From the human T2T-CHM13v2.0 reference genome, Homo sapiens, in assembly GCF_009914755.1 (NCBI RefSeq), contig NC_060940.1: DNA of 64,000 bases; one strand, 5' to 3'. Position numbers and translations under genes: made by a program. The notes under the pieces were generated by a model. That model worked only from the letters and a program-made list of their open reading frames with translations, ran no database searches and was not told the DNA's origin. This document shows, one piece after another, positions 25,791-43,505 of this stretch. Each line of letters starts with the position of its first letter. The stretch's first letter is position 1.

Positions 25791-26540
25791 AAAGGTGGGG
25801 GTATGAACGCCTAAAGCCACATTGCCCATGAATTAGTACTGGAGGTGGTCAGACAGATTAGATGGTCCTCTTTGTACATAGATTCTATACATTTCTATTG
25901 ACCAATGGCAATGTTGCTATATCTAATCAAACTCTTTGAAAACTGCAGCTAGTAAAACCAAAAGCTCCTCTCTTCAGCCAACTGCCAATCTTTGCATCAC
26001 AATGCAGGGGGCCTTTGCTTGCCTCACAAATTGGATTTCCCTTCAGTGACACTTTCTTGTGAAAAGAAAAAAAAATCTCCTTATAGACAGGCAAAAAGCA
26101 AAGACAACAGCAGTTGGCATCCTCCTGAATGCCAGTACTTGGGGTAGAAGAATTCAGCGCTAGCCCAGGGGATGCCAAAGAGTGTTACTGAGCTTTCTCT
26201 GTTTCAACCCTTCTCCTAATTGATTAGTCTAATAATTGATTAACCAGTCCTCTGTCACACTGCACATTGCCTAGGACATCATGAGCATTCAATAACTGAA
26301 AGCTTGTTGAATTCATTGTATTCACATACCCCTGAATGGTCTATAGAACTTCCCACTTTTTAAGATGCGTCATAAAACAAAAGCAGTCTTTTTCCAATAA
26401 GTTTTGGAAACTGCATAGCATATCCCATTCCTGGAGGTTCACAGTACGCTAGGTGTAAAATTCTCTGGGAAACTCTGTAGTAATAACTCTATTGCACAGA
26501 TTGCTTTCTTCAACGATCTGGCCAAGATTTAGGGGGCTTG

Positions 26541-26619
26541 GAGTTTGGATTATATGGAGGAAGTGCGTTGCAGACTCATGAGCCTAGAGTTTGGATTATA
26601 TGGAGGAAGTGTGTTGCAG
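26541..26619. repeat. 33-bp direct repeat pair with a 13-bp spacer
   Basis: gagtttggattatatggaggaagtg(c/t)gttgcag at 26541-26573 and 26587-26619. Confidence 0.95.
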
Positions 26620-26734
26620 TCGATATTCTCTGAATGAATCCCATGAAATTCCTTCAATAGAAGTCAAGAAAGCTCGTATTGAAGAGATCATATTGCAAAA
26701 TAAGACTTTTATAAGTAATGATCTTTTCATTTAG

Positions 26735-26890
26735 TGGAAAGAAGACTGCACTGGGAATAAGAGAAGTTGGGTTCTAACTCTAGTTCTGCTCCTTTAAACA
26801 TGTATGCCTTTGGACAAGCTCCTGTACCTCTCTGAGTTTCCCCACTTTGTCTATAAAAGGAAGGGGCACTGAGAGCTTCCTTTGAGAAGT
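26735..26890 (+). mobile_element. MIR
   Basis: gggttctaactctagttctgc...tttggacaag...ctctctgagtttccccactttgtctataaaagg. Confidence 0.7.
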
Positions 26891-27102
26891 GGCAGGGATA
26901 ACACTGGAGTGCCAACACCTTGATTCAATGATTATCATGTTGCTGTGCACATTAAATTAGAGTGTTTCTGTTTTCTGAATCTCAGTTTTGCTTTTTGTCA
27001 ATAGATTGCATTGAAATTGACTAGATGATTTTGTTGCCTTTCCAGGTATGTTAAACCCAGAATCCTCAGCCTTTGTATCATACAACCTTAGAACTTAGTC
27101 CC

Positions 27103-27616
27103 TATATTAGTCAGAGTTCTCTAGAAAGACAGAGCCAATAGGAGATCACACACACAGACACACACACACACACACCGGGAGAGAGAGAGAGAGGAGAGGA
27201 GCTTTATTAATGGAATTGGCTCACATGATTATGAAGGCTGAGAAGTCCTATGAAAGGCTATCTGAAGGTGTGAGAACCTGGGAAGCAGCTGGTACAAGTC
27301 TTGGAGTCCAAAGGCCAGAGAACCTGGAGTTCTGATGTTGAAGGGCTGGAGAAGAAGAGTGTCTCTGCTCCAGGAGAAAGCAAGCATGCATTCACCTTTC
27401 CTCTGCCTTTTTGTTCTATCTTGGCCCCCTCGCCCCCAGCCAATTGAATGATGCCCACCTACATTGTAGGCAGATCTTTCCTATGCAGTCCATCAACTCA
27501 CCTGCCAATTTCCTCAAGAAACATCCTCCTCACAGACGCAGCCAGAAATAATTTTTTACCTTTTGTCTGGGTATACGTTAATCCAATCAAGTTGACACCT
27601 AAGATGAACCATCACA
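27103..27616 (-). mobile_element. HERV-L solo LTR, MLT2B (B3/B4-like)
   Basis: tatattagtcagagttctctagaaagacagagccaatagga...taatccaatcaagttgacacctaagatgaaccatcaca; perfect TSD gtccc. Confidence 0.9.
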
Positions 27617-27779
27617 GTCCCCTTTTTTAGTTTGGAGGCACAGGAGAGATATAATTTCAGCTGAGAGCCCTGACCCTGGAAAATAATGTTGTTTTTGAGA
27701 AAAAGGGAAATAAGTGACCAATACTTTTCAGGAGATTGTTATTGAATCTAGCATGTTATATTTATGTGGAGATAGAATT

Positions 27780-27915
27780 CCTTCCAAACTGTATGTATGC
27801 TCCAGGAGGATAGGAGATTTTGTTTTGTTCAGTCTAACATTTCAGCACCTAGAACAGTACCCAAATGCAGTTGTTGAATGAATGAATGAATGAATGAATG
27901 AATGAGTGAATGAGT
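27780..27915 (+). mobile_element. L2 3' end with (GAAT)n tail
   Basis: cagcacctagaacagtacc...gttgttgaatgaatgaatgaat. Confidence 0.75.
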
Positions 27916-28464
27916 GCTCTTGTAGTGGTTGACTAGTTTCTTTGTGCGTCCTTGACCTTTATATGCTAGCAGTTTGTGGTTATGATAATTTGCAGTGATA
28001 AAGACTGCTCAAAGGAGTTAGTATTAATGTCTGGAGGTGTGACAACAACCAACACCATAGCTTCCCAAAGGGGCTACGATCTGTGTGATGATTCTAAACT
28101 GGGGATTGTTTTCCCCTGCTTAACACTGTCAGTGTTGAGAGCATGGTAACTTATGGGGGATGACAATGTCTTTTTCACTTTGGTAGAGGTGGCCAAATCA
28201 CCATGGTGATTACTAAAATTATGACATGGCCTCATGAGGCATGTGAGCAGAGATTTCAAAATTGTCAGTCATGAGTGTTCCCACACATACAGAGTCCACA
28301 GTGAAACCAAGGGGTATTGTAAGTACTATGTCATCTATTAGAGTTACTAGAAAGACTAATGTCAAAAAAAGTAAACCACTAGGTTTAAGTGAACTCTTCT
28401 TCCCTTTGCTCAATTCATTGTGTTTCACATCTATACCTCTCAAGGGTGGGTAAAATCTTGTTCA

Positions 28465-29003
28465 TGATTTCCCACTGCTTTAGAATCATATTCAAACTTC
28501 TTGGAATTGTATTTGAGCTACTTTCCATGTTCTACATGCTCTATTTATCCAATCTTATGATGCTCTCTCTCTTGCTGTTCTGCTTTAGCCCCATGGCTTT
28601 CTGACAATTTCTTAAGCATAGAAAATTCTGCCTAGGAATTTCTCTTGCTAGTCCTCATTTTGGAAGATATTCCATGTGCTGTTTTCCTGCCTGGCTCCTT
28701 CTCAATCCTCAGGGCCCCATTCAAATGCCAACTTCCTGAAGAAAGCTTCACCAACCAGCCTATCCAAAGGAGGTCCACCCCCTGCAATCATTCCGAACTG
28801 CACCTTCCTTGTTTCCTGTAGATCAAAAATTATCCTGATGTTGTTTGAATTATTTGTTCTCTTGTTACTTGCCTGCCACCTGCCCTCTCTTCCACCACTA
28901 AAATGTGACTTCCATGAGGGAAAAAACAAAAAATGCTTATGTACACTTTGTTGTGTTCAGGCTTTATGCTAGAGGGTTATGAATGTAATACTTGTTGAAT
29001 AAA
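28465..29003 (+). mobile_element. L2 3' region
   Basis: ctggctccttctcaatcctcagg...aatgccaacttcctgaagaaagc...ccactaaaatgtgacttccatgaggg...cttgttgaat. Confidence 0.7.
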
Positions 29004-29588
29004 AATAAACCTAAGTAGACAAAAGGAAACTCCGTCTAGCAAATCTTGATGGCTTCGGGTATAGGAAATGACCACGCAGGATATGGTACATAAAGTTCTA
29101 AAAAGCTTTGCTCTGGAGCCCTGGTCCTAGTCTTTCCACATGAAATATTTCCTCAACTCAAATTTTGTAGAACTCCTTAAGGCTTTGGGGCTGTGAAGAG
29201 CCACACAAGGCTGAATGACTCCTCCTGAAGGAATCAGCTTATGATCTTTCAGGTATCTAACTATTTGATTAATAATAAATTTATGGTTTTCTCAAAATAA
29301 AACTTCTATTGTGAGAGTGAAAGAAACAATAAGGAAAGAAAGTCTATTTTTGTTTTATTTGAACTGGCAGCCCTCAAACTGAATTTTTTTCAAGGCATTA
29401 GTGCTGTCTTATTTTCAAGAGTGTTTGTAGGTATGTCTGAAATCAAAATGATGCAAATCATATTTTTTATTAATGTAAAGTGTAGAATTATTTATAGCTA
29501 AGATTTGAAACACACACACATAGATGTCTGTGTGATTATGTAGCAGCAGTGTGCCCTCCCTAAGATAAAAAACATAATTCTCTAGCAC

Positions 29589-30120
<532 letters not shown>

Positions 30121-31966
30121 GTTGAAGACATAAACTTGTAGCACAGTGTGCCTGTTGGAAGTCCTGCTGGAAACCCTGTAATAATAGTCTATTGTTATAA
30201 AATATTCTTCACTATATAATTTAGGGAAATAGTATGTATACTATTCTATTGCTAAAGTCTCTAAATTATGCCTTTAATTTTCTGATTGCTAAGTAATAAA
30301 AACATCAATGATAACATAACAATAAACACTAATAATAATAAAAATATTTACTGAGTACATACTGTGTTCCAGGCACTATTCAATGAGTTTTTAAAAAATC
30401 AGCTGTTTCTTTGACATTTTCTTTACTTACTGTATTAGAAAGTGGATGCCACTATTAAGGCTACTCCAATCATTCTGATCAACTTCTAAGTAAAGTAAGG
30501 GCTCTGCCTGACACAAGCATTCCTAATATGCTGAAGGAATGTTACAGATGATGAGACAGCTCCAAAGATCCAGATGCCAGGGGTTAGAGAGCAGCAAGAG
30601 AAATATGTGTACTAAGGGACACACCTGTGCCATCTCTCACCATGCTATTATTTAGTTTCTTCATCAAGGTTTCTAAGAATGAGTACTTCAGGAACTTCCT
30701 TATGATAATCCTCTACAAGTATAAGTCACCGTGAACTGTATTTCTGCTTTCAAGAGGAACATGAGGACTTGCATTGCTTTGGCGCCTTCTATATTCCCAG
30801 ATCATGAACTAAGGATGTTCACTCTATAATCTCATTTACTGTTGAGTGCTGTAACATCTCCTACAATTGGTCCTCTTGGGTCCAAGGATATCTAATTACT
30901 AGCTTCTTCATAAAGGTCAACAAACTAATACAAACATTACATGGACTTAGTAGGTCACCCTCAAAGTTCTGAGTAGAACACATAGGAAGTGTTTTGTAAA
31001 CCCTACAGATGAAATTAGAATAGGCTCCTGTTGATAAATTCAGTAAATCCTCATTCTTTGAGCATTTCCTAATAGCATTTTGAGATTATTTTCCCCATCC
31101 TGTGAGTCACCTGTCAAGACAAATAGAAATTCACTGCTTTTTCACAATTGAGGAAAGAGATGATGCATGCTATTTTTTTTATTTATTTTTCTGCCTAAGG
31201 AATAATGAATCAAACATTGGGTTAGTAATTGAACTTGAATCTTCTTGACCAGTACTCAATTTTCCTCCATGTCCTGAAAAACCTCACCAAACTGAAACAT
31301 TTTAATATCAACAATAACCCGTCCTCAAAATTTAAAAGGAGATGTCTTTTTAATGCCTACCATGTCTGATAATGTCTTACTAAAAGCTTTGGAATAATTT
31401 TTCTTAATCTATACTTTATTTCACTGTTGATGCACATATGCTGGCGAGTATATAATGTGGAGAAAGGAAAAGCATTTTAGAAGCTCTTGGCAAGCCAGCA
31501 GGGAGCATGTGGATGCCCCCTAAATGAATCAGGGGAGTACTTCTGTCATGTACAGCATGAAGGTACAGAAGGACTAGTTAGTATGCTTAACATCACTGGT
31601 CTTTTCTACTATTGTTTGGTATTAAGAAATATATTAATATTAGGTAGACTTCATAATTGCATATTCCTGCTCCAATTTTGCCACATTGTATATTCCTGCT
31701 CCATTTCATTTATTCTACTTTTACATGTTTCATTTTACTACCTCCAAAAGAGAGTTGGTAATATTTTAGTTTCCAGGAATTCTTTACATTTTAATGTTTG
31801 AGGACATGTAGAGGATTCCTAGACTACTCTTCTTCCTCACCTTCCTGGTTCCATTTGACCAGTGAAGCCCAAATCCCCCTTTAAAGCCCAGACAAACATT
31901 CCCTTGAAGTGAACCTAACCTGAGATTGGGCTTGTTCTTCTTGTCCTGTCCTTGGCAATTTAGAGC

Positions 31967-32790
<824 letters not shown>

Positions 32791-33372
32791 TGAAAAACGA
32801 TTTCCTTTTTAGATTTATCTCTGGCTACTATTCTATTTATGCAGTGAACTCTGCTAGCCCCAACTGAATAGACATTTCCCAAGTAGGTCAAGTCCTTTCA
32901 AACTTTCTTGGTATTCCTCTACATGACTGAATCTTACAGTCTTGTTTTCCTAGGAACTTTCTATTCCAAGCAACTTGCTTGCACATCATGACCTTTCCTG
33001 TGAAGTATGTTCAACATGCAAAGACTGAAATGATAACTCCCTCATGTCCTTCTCTCGCACTTTGTTCCTTTCTCTATCCTAGCAAGAACTCCTTTTAGTG
33101 GGAATAGGAGTTGTTAGCTTATTCTGCCTCCTCATGACATGGAAACCCTTTGATGGCAGGAATTATGCTTATTTAAAAAGTGCGGAATTGGTGTTATATA
33201 GTAGTCTATTTAATGTGGATTCTAGCAAAACTAACCTTTATTGGAATACCATATGCTGGAATACATCTTATTATTTCAATTTTCATTGATTTCTTTAAGG
33301 ATTTGGGGAACAAATGGTTACAATGAATAGTAATTTTGCAGAATTCTAAGGATCTCACAAATATATCTTGCC

Positions 33373-33683
33373 TTTTTTTTTTTTTTTTGTGACAGACTCT
33401 CTCTTTGTTGCCCAGGCAGGAGTGTAGTGGCACGATCTCTGCTCATGATCTCTGCTCACTGCAACCTCTGTCTCCAGGGTTCAAGCCATTCTCCTGCCTC
33501 AGCCTCCTGAGTAGCTGGGATTATAGGCGTCCAACGCCACACCTGACTAATTTTTGCATTTTTTGTAGAGTCGGAGTTTCACCATGCTGGCCAGGCTGCT
33601 CTTGAACTTCTGACCCCAAGTGATCCACTCACCTCAACTTCCCAAAGTGCTGGGATTACAGAGGTGAGCCACCACAGCTGGCC
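33373..33683 (-). mobile_element. AluS (Sx/Sz-like)
   Basis: Full-length antisense Alu with a small internal duplication (gatctctgctca twice). Confidence 0.93.
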
Positions 33684-35149
33684 ATTTCTTGCTTTATCAT
33701 CTCCTTTTAAACTAACCCTTTTCCCAGGATACATTTAACCTCCTTTTACAAAATGGTGCAAGCGTTTGGTTCACTTGATCTGCCACTTTCATTTGTCTTT
33801 GATCACTTGGATTTCTCATTTTTGACAACTGTTTACAAATTCAAATGATAATATTTTTTGATAAGATGATAATTTACTATAAATGAAACATGGAGTTCAG
33901 CTAAAAAAAGTTATTTTCCATCAGGTGCAAACTATTTCAAGGAAGTGAACATTGCAATTCATTCTTAGACATCCAGTCAACTATTATTGTGGATAATTGT
34001 GCATAAAATGAGGCATTTTAAAGAAATTTGTTGTAGACACTAATTTTTAAATATTATTTAATCCTGTTCTTCTGTCAACTGACCTTACCTTTGTCTCCAT
34101 CTATCTGTTTACTATGAGTGATAATGTATTAGTAAGATTTTTATTTACTAGGAATTCATTTTGAAGAAATAATATTACAATATGAAATGTGAACCAGGGG
34201 ACTTTTTGATATCATTCTGCTAAATAAATTGAGGAGAAAAAATTTCAAGGAATAGTGAGGCCAATGCGGAACAGAGGTAGAAATAACATATAAAGAGACA
34301 ACTAGTTCCCTCAAAGCTATTGTGGCACATCAAGAAAACCCCTTTTTAGCTCAAGCAATTTAAAGTTTAGTTTCTGTTACTGAAAGTAAGATTTCTAACT
34401 TAGAAAAAAATTCAAAGTCACATTCTGATATTTGAAGAAAATGAAGAGTTTGTATGAATATGCAGGGCATAATTTAGCTAGAACATTATCTCTCTTTCTT
34501 CTATTCTGCCTCATTTCAGGTGGCTGTGTCAGCTCATTATTTATAGAGTAATAACCTCCTACCAATGAAATACTTCAAGTCACTGACACCCACCTCCAGG
34601 GTTGTACCTTGAAATTAATCAATTAATCAATCTATAGAATAAGACATAGCTACAATATGCCCTACACAATGAGGAATGATTTTAGGAAGAAGGGATAGAA
34701 TGACGTTATCAAAATTTGAATGTTGATACTTCATTGAAGTTACTGATGCTTTTTGTAAGAAAAGTAGCATGATGATGGTGTGTAGGTTGTAAATACCTTG
34801 CTTAGTGTATCTCTAAAACTCATGAAGTTTTCTGAAGCTAAGCAGATACATACTCATAGTTTCACATTCTGCAGTCCACTCTCCACTGTCTCTGATACGT
34901 ATCACCATTTTTACAGGATCAAATATTTTGAGGACACATGTGTACTGTGAAGACAGTTTCATACTTTGTTAAATTCTCCATTGTTTCTCAACTCTTGTTT
35001 TTTTTGTATTGTATAATAAGTATTAATAACCTGAAGTAGTAGTTTAATATTAATCTTATTGATATTTATTAATTAACTTAGGGATTAATATTCTTATGTG
35101 TTCACTTAGTCACGTGTAATTGCACAGAAGCAATTGCTTACCAATAATA

Positions 35150-35385
35150 TGAAACATTTATTGAAAGATTTTTGTATTTCAGGTAGTCTTGCAAGCACTG
35201 CTGGTATATTATTTTATGTAATCCTTACAACTCAGAATGAGGTAGGTACTTCTACTATCATCTTCATTTCACAAATTGGAAAAATAAAGCAAAAAGAGTT
35301 AAGCAACTTGTCTGAAGTAACATAGTAAGTGTCAGTCAGGATATAAACTAAGATATTATATCTGTAACCCTATACTCAGCACTTC
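35150..35385 (-). mobile_element. MIR
   Basis: aacatttattga...taatccttacaactc...gaggtaggtact...atttcacaaattggaaaaa...gagttaagcaacttgtctgaagt. Confidence 0.75.
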
Positions 35386-35628
35386 TTATGTTAAAAAGGC
35401 CACTGGATTAGGAGGCCTGAGGTCAAGTCATTACCCAACCATACCATGTCATGGTGACTCTTAGCTTAGTTTCTGATCTGATGTGTTCACTAAGACATAC
35501 CTTGTTGGGGTGTGGTGGTTAATGGCAGCTTTGCTTTTGCAGTCCACAGGAGTTGATCAATATGTTTTTATTGGATGTAAAATCTACATCAAAGGCTCGC
35601 AGCTTGAGGTTGCTGGTAAACTAGATCC

Positions 35629-35633
<5 letters not shown>

Positions 35634-35692
<59 letters not shown>

Positions 35693-35723
35693 CATATATA
35701 TATATATATATATATATGCTTTT
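35634..35723. repeat. Compound (AT)25/(AT)12 microsatellite forming two overlapping palindromes
   Basis: tttt(at)25aaaa and aaaagc(at)12gctttt, read directly. Confidence 0.95.
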
Positions 35724-36867
35724 TATGGATGGGTTGCCTGAGTTTGTAAAATATTATCTAAAGAATCCACAATACCAAAAAGATATAGATGAGGTGAATA
35801 TCTAATTTACCTTCTAAATCAGGAGATCTTTGAGAAAGAAAAGAGGCATTATTAATAATTACATTGAGACAACACGTCCAAACCAGCTCCTTCTGAAAAT
35901 AATATAAATACACATCTCTGAGTTTTAGTTCACTCTTATATACAAATGAAGAGATAAAGTTAAGTTTTCCCTAGGCATCCTTCCAGTTCTAGGATTATAT
36001 GACTTTTCTCAGTTAAATTTAAATTCAACCAGCTCAATATGCCAGTCAGATCATTTAAGACTGCCTGTCGTTGTCATCTGTCATTTGAGAAGATAAACCA
36101 CATTTACTGTTACAGTTAGCTAAGATATGATTATGAAAGCAAATGTGCAATGACAACAAAGAAAAAAATCAAAATGCAAATGCAAATATAAATGGATTTC
36201 AAGTTATTTTGTTCTGTATCATTCAGGATGCCACATTTATCCACCTGCATAGAGAATTATGGAATGACGCACTGGTTTCTTCAAAGTCCTGAACATCAGC
36301 ATCTTATATCAGAGTAGAAATGTTTAGATATTAACTAAGGTTTAGATTGGCAAGGCTTTTCATCTAACTCTGAGTGTGATATCATAACTCTACACTTGCT
36401 CTAAAGCCTTACAATAGCATCAACACACTTGGTGTGTTGTTTGCTAGCTCCAGTGGTCAACTATCTTTAATGACAAAATGGACCAAGTGTCCCAGCATTT
36501 TTGGCGCATTATAAGATGGTATTATTAGCATGTTGGACCACTGGCAAGTTTCTATTACTATCTATCTTGATCCAGGACCCATATCTTCTCTAAGTATACC
36601 TTAGGACTCTTTCAGAGCTTTGAGTTTATGATAAGCGTAAACACACAGACCAGTGTCTGGAACCAATAAGCTGTTAAAAAAATATTTGTTGGGTTGAAGG
36701 AAGAAAAAATTATAAAATTCCCAAAGAAAAGAAAACATAGAGAAGGAATAGCATTAACTACTCTTTTTGCTTGAGGTCGTATGCTATTTATGTCATTAAA
36801 TATAATAAAATATTATAAGCTAATGGTTTGATTCAGTACATGTCTCCAGAAAGCCATGCTGCCTTCT

Positions 36868-37452
36868 TAAATTGTAGTAAGATAAACATAATATTAAATC
36901 GATCATTTTAACAATTTTAAAGTATACAATTCAATGGCATTAGGTACATTCACAGTGTTGTGCAACCATCACCACTATTTAGTTCCAGAACTTTTTAATT
37001 TCCCCAAATGGAAACCCTGCACCCATTAAGCACTCACTCCATATCTTCTCTTCTTGCTAGCTGCTAGCAGTCACAAATCTGTTTTCCATCTCTATCAATT
37101 TTTCTACCCTGGATATTTAGTATAAATGAAATAATATGTGGCCTTTTGTGTATGGCTTTTTTCACTTAGCATAATGTTTTCAAGGTTCATCCATGTTGTA
37201 GCATGTATGAGTATTTTTATGACTAAATAATATTCCATTGTATGGATATACTACACTTGTTTACCTATTTATCATTTTATAGATATTTGGGTTGATTCTA
37301 CCTTTTTGCTACTGCAAATAGTGTTGCTGTGACTATTTGTGTTTAAGTTTTTGTCTGAAGACTGTGTACTATTCTTTTGGGCATATACCCAGGAGTAGAA
37401 TTGCTGGGTCATATGGTAATTCTGTATAAATTTTTGAGGAAGGAACTCCCAT
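36868..37452 (-). mobile_element. L1MB 3' end
   Basis: aagtatacaattcaatggcattaggtacattcacagtgttgtgcaaccatcaccact...cccaggagtagaattgctgggtcatatggtaattc. Degenerate TSD atg(c/t)tgcctt(c/t)ttaa. Confidence 0.9.
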
Positions 37453-37929
37453 ATGTTGCCTTTTTAACTAATTAAAACATGAACTATCTGACACATGCTG
37501 CAACCAACCCATCCATATTCATGCTCTTCCTCTCATAGTGTAGGGCTGCTATTAGGAAGCAGTTGCCCAATCGGGGATTGTATTTCGCAGTGCCCTGGCA
37601 TTTAGGTGAGGCCACGTGACTAATTCTTGTGAGTAGAATCTGAGTAGAAGTACATGTGTAAGGCCAAGACCATGAGAAAATGAGAGTATTTTCTCCATCT
37701 CTGTTACCCTTTCTCTAGCTTGATGTAGATGAGTACATTGAAAGTCACATGTGGACAATGATAGAGCAGCCAGGCATGGGGACCTTGGTCCCAAAATTAT
37801 TTCTGGAGGAATCTGTTCTTGATGAAAAATGCCATTTAAAATTTTTACATGAGTAATAAATACACTTTTAATATCTATGAGCTATGACATATACTGGGGT
37901 TTGTTTAATTCAACTGCTAGCTTTATCTT

Positions 37930-40630
<2,701 letters not shown>

Positions 40631-43117
40631 TAGCTTTATCTTAAATAACACAAACTATAATTTGAAAAAGATAAGGATACAAAGATGATAAGAGTCCTCT
40701 CACCTCCTTTCTGCCCTCAGCCTATCCTGCCTGCCTTCAATTGTTAAAGCTTTGCTGAGAAGCTGGAAGAAGAAGGTCAGGAAGCTCATCTAAACAGGGC
40801 TTTAAAGGGGTGCACAGGCTTTATTGTCAGACACAACTTGCATGGAAGTGAATTTGAAGCAAGTTATTATATCATGTGTATTAGTACAAAACCTCTTGAT
40901 CTTTTTTTTCTGAAATTAAAGGCAGTAGGCTATTGCTGGAACTTGGATGGAGATTGATGTGGTTGAGAGGGTTGGGTTGTTGGGAGACAGGTGGACAGAG
41001 AGTGCATAGGGGTCACAGTATGGAGGGTTCTGGATACCACATGCAAAGTTAGCAGTTTTCCCTATACGTGATACTCGACCTCATTTATAGTTTTTAATAA
41101 ATTTTAGAAGTGTTGCCCATTTTGGTGGCTAAGAAGTATTTCTACTGTGACAATAATGCTTTTGAAGGTTGGCTCTGAAACAGCATAAAGAAAGGCAGAA
41201 GCTACAGATTATTAGAACTGTGCAAGCTGGCCATGGTAATGTCCTAGTCCAAATTTAATTTTACTGGAAAGTCTTTCATAAATGATGAATGAACAAGGCT
41301 TCTACTACCAGTTCGTCTCCAATAAGCACTGAAACCACACACAGGAGAAGGTGAAGAACACATTTTCTGCAGAGACTGGTGATATTAAGCAAGAACCTGT
41401 CCTTTGTCTTGAGATATTTTTTTCTATCATTGTGTTGGACTGCAGAGATTTTGAATATCCTACTGTTTGTCACTCCAAAATAGGTCTTGTTGGGTGAGAC
41501 TTTTTGACATCATAAGTAAAATATAGAAAATAATAAATTACCTGCTTTCATCCATAATTCTAAGCCAACATGCCTCTAGTCTTGAACTGGATTAGTTTAA
41601 CTTGCCAAGCAAAAAGCATGCTGGTTGAAGCTCATTGCTCATCCAAAGCTCCCTTGAACTCGCTGTCATCTCTTAGGGATGCAGTCAGATTTGACTAAGA
41701 TTTTGATCCTCTTCATAATTAATAGCAGACCATAATGTTGTTCCTATATTTACATATATTTAAAATATTTTGGTGTAATATAAATACTGTGTTCCTTATT
41801 GGTTTAGAGACAGAATATGATATTGATTTTTAAATAAATCCATAAAACTGTTTTCCAACTGCAACCTTTATCAACTTTTATAACAATGGTTTAACTGTGT
41901 ACCTTTCAATTATTATACTTCCAGTTGGACTTTATTAAGGCATTACTTGCTTTCCTTAATGAGACAACATGCAGTTTCCTTTTCTTTCTAATTTTTCTTT
42001 TTAAATGCATTCTTAAAAACACTATTTATTTTGCCTTAGAAACCATTTGTCCTTTATTTTTTCCAACAAAAATATTTGGGGTTTAATTAAAACTATCAAA
42101 AATGCCATTAAAAGATCATTAGTAAAAACACCTGCTGCCATTATTAGAAGCACTATTTTCCCTAGAGCCCAAAGGAAGCTTCAGCTTGCGCAAATGTGTA
42201 TATCATGTACTTTATGGAATTGCACTGCTGGATTTCTGCCAGGGTTTGGAGATTTTTATGCATGCATCTCAGAAACTGCTCCACTTTATACAGCCTGAGA
42301 AAGTGCTATACCAAGTGAACAAAGTGCCTTACGATTTTGAATAAACTAATGGATCCAGGCTCCATTAGAACCTCACCTTCAATTTTAAATTGGAAGCAAG
42401 AGAAACTGGTAAAGTACAGGGAAAATCTTTACTCACCATTGCACTCCTGTCACATCAAAAGAATCCCAGATCTCTGCTGTCTGCAGCACATCTGTGATTT
42501 ACCACTGGAAGGAGCTAGAGTAAAGAGATTGAAAGAGCACACCGTAACCAGGTATCAATGTGGTTAAAAATGACATAAAGGAAAATGATGAGCAAAAGAA
42601 AGACTGACCTTACCTTCTGAAAGACAGAGACTCAGGTTTGAAATTTCATGGCACTAAGATACATAAGATCATTTAAAAATGTTGAAATGTAGAACTTGTG
42701 CGTATAAGTCGTAAGACAAAAGCTTGAAAGCCTGTCATTTTCTTTTATTTTGCTTGCATCAAAGATTTGAAAGGGAAACAGTAAAAGAGATGGAGAGGAA
42801 ATCAGAGGCTATTACTCTAACTCAGAGAACCTTTAAATCTTTACACAAAAGGGATCTCAGAAGAAGAGATCTGCCACAAATATTTAACTCTTTATTGGGC
42901 AAACCTTACAAACTTCTTATCTCAAATAAAGCTAAAATTTATTTGGCTTGACAGCAAAACTTTTTTCAGTTTAAGATGACTAACAATTCAGTAAGTATGA
43001 GAATACAGGTAGAATTAAAGTTGAAATTGAACTGATTTTTAAAATATTATTACCTGCTCCTTTTTTCCTGAAATATAAATTACTCTGTACTGATAGGAAA
43101 TCCTGGGGTCTACATTC

Positions 43118-43396
43118 TTTTTTCGAGATGGAGTCTTGCTCTGTTGCCCAGACTGGAGTGCAGTGGCATGATCTCGGCTCACTGCAACTTCTGCCTCCAG
43201 GGTTCAAGCCTCCTGAGTATCAGGTAGCTGGGATTACAGACACGTGCCACCATGCCAGGCTAATTTTTGTATTTTCAGTAGAGACAGGGTTTCGCCATGT
43301 TGGCCAGGCTGGTCTTGAACTCCTGGTCTCAAGTGATCTGCCCACCTCGGCCTCCCAAAGTGCTGGGATTATAGGCATGAGCCACCGCACCCAGCC
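43118..43396 (-). mobile_element. AluS (Sx/Sz-like) with an internal deletion
   Basis: Antisense Alu; gggttcaagcctcctgagta lacks gattctcctgcctcagc. Confidence 0.93.
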
Positions 43397-43505
43397 GAGA
43401 CTACTTTCATAGTTAGAAATTTCTTCCCAATTTCTAAATTAACACAACTATTGATATTTCTTATAGAAAATAGGTAAATTAGTGAGTGTAAGTACAGAGG
43501 AATTA

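Noticed and set aside
26541-26619. CRISPR-like repeat-spacer-repeat
   Set aside because: Only two repeats, a 13-bp spacer, no cas genes, and a primate genomic context.
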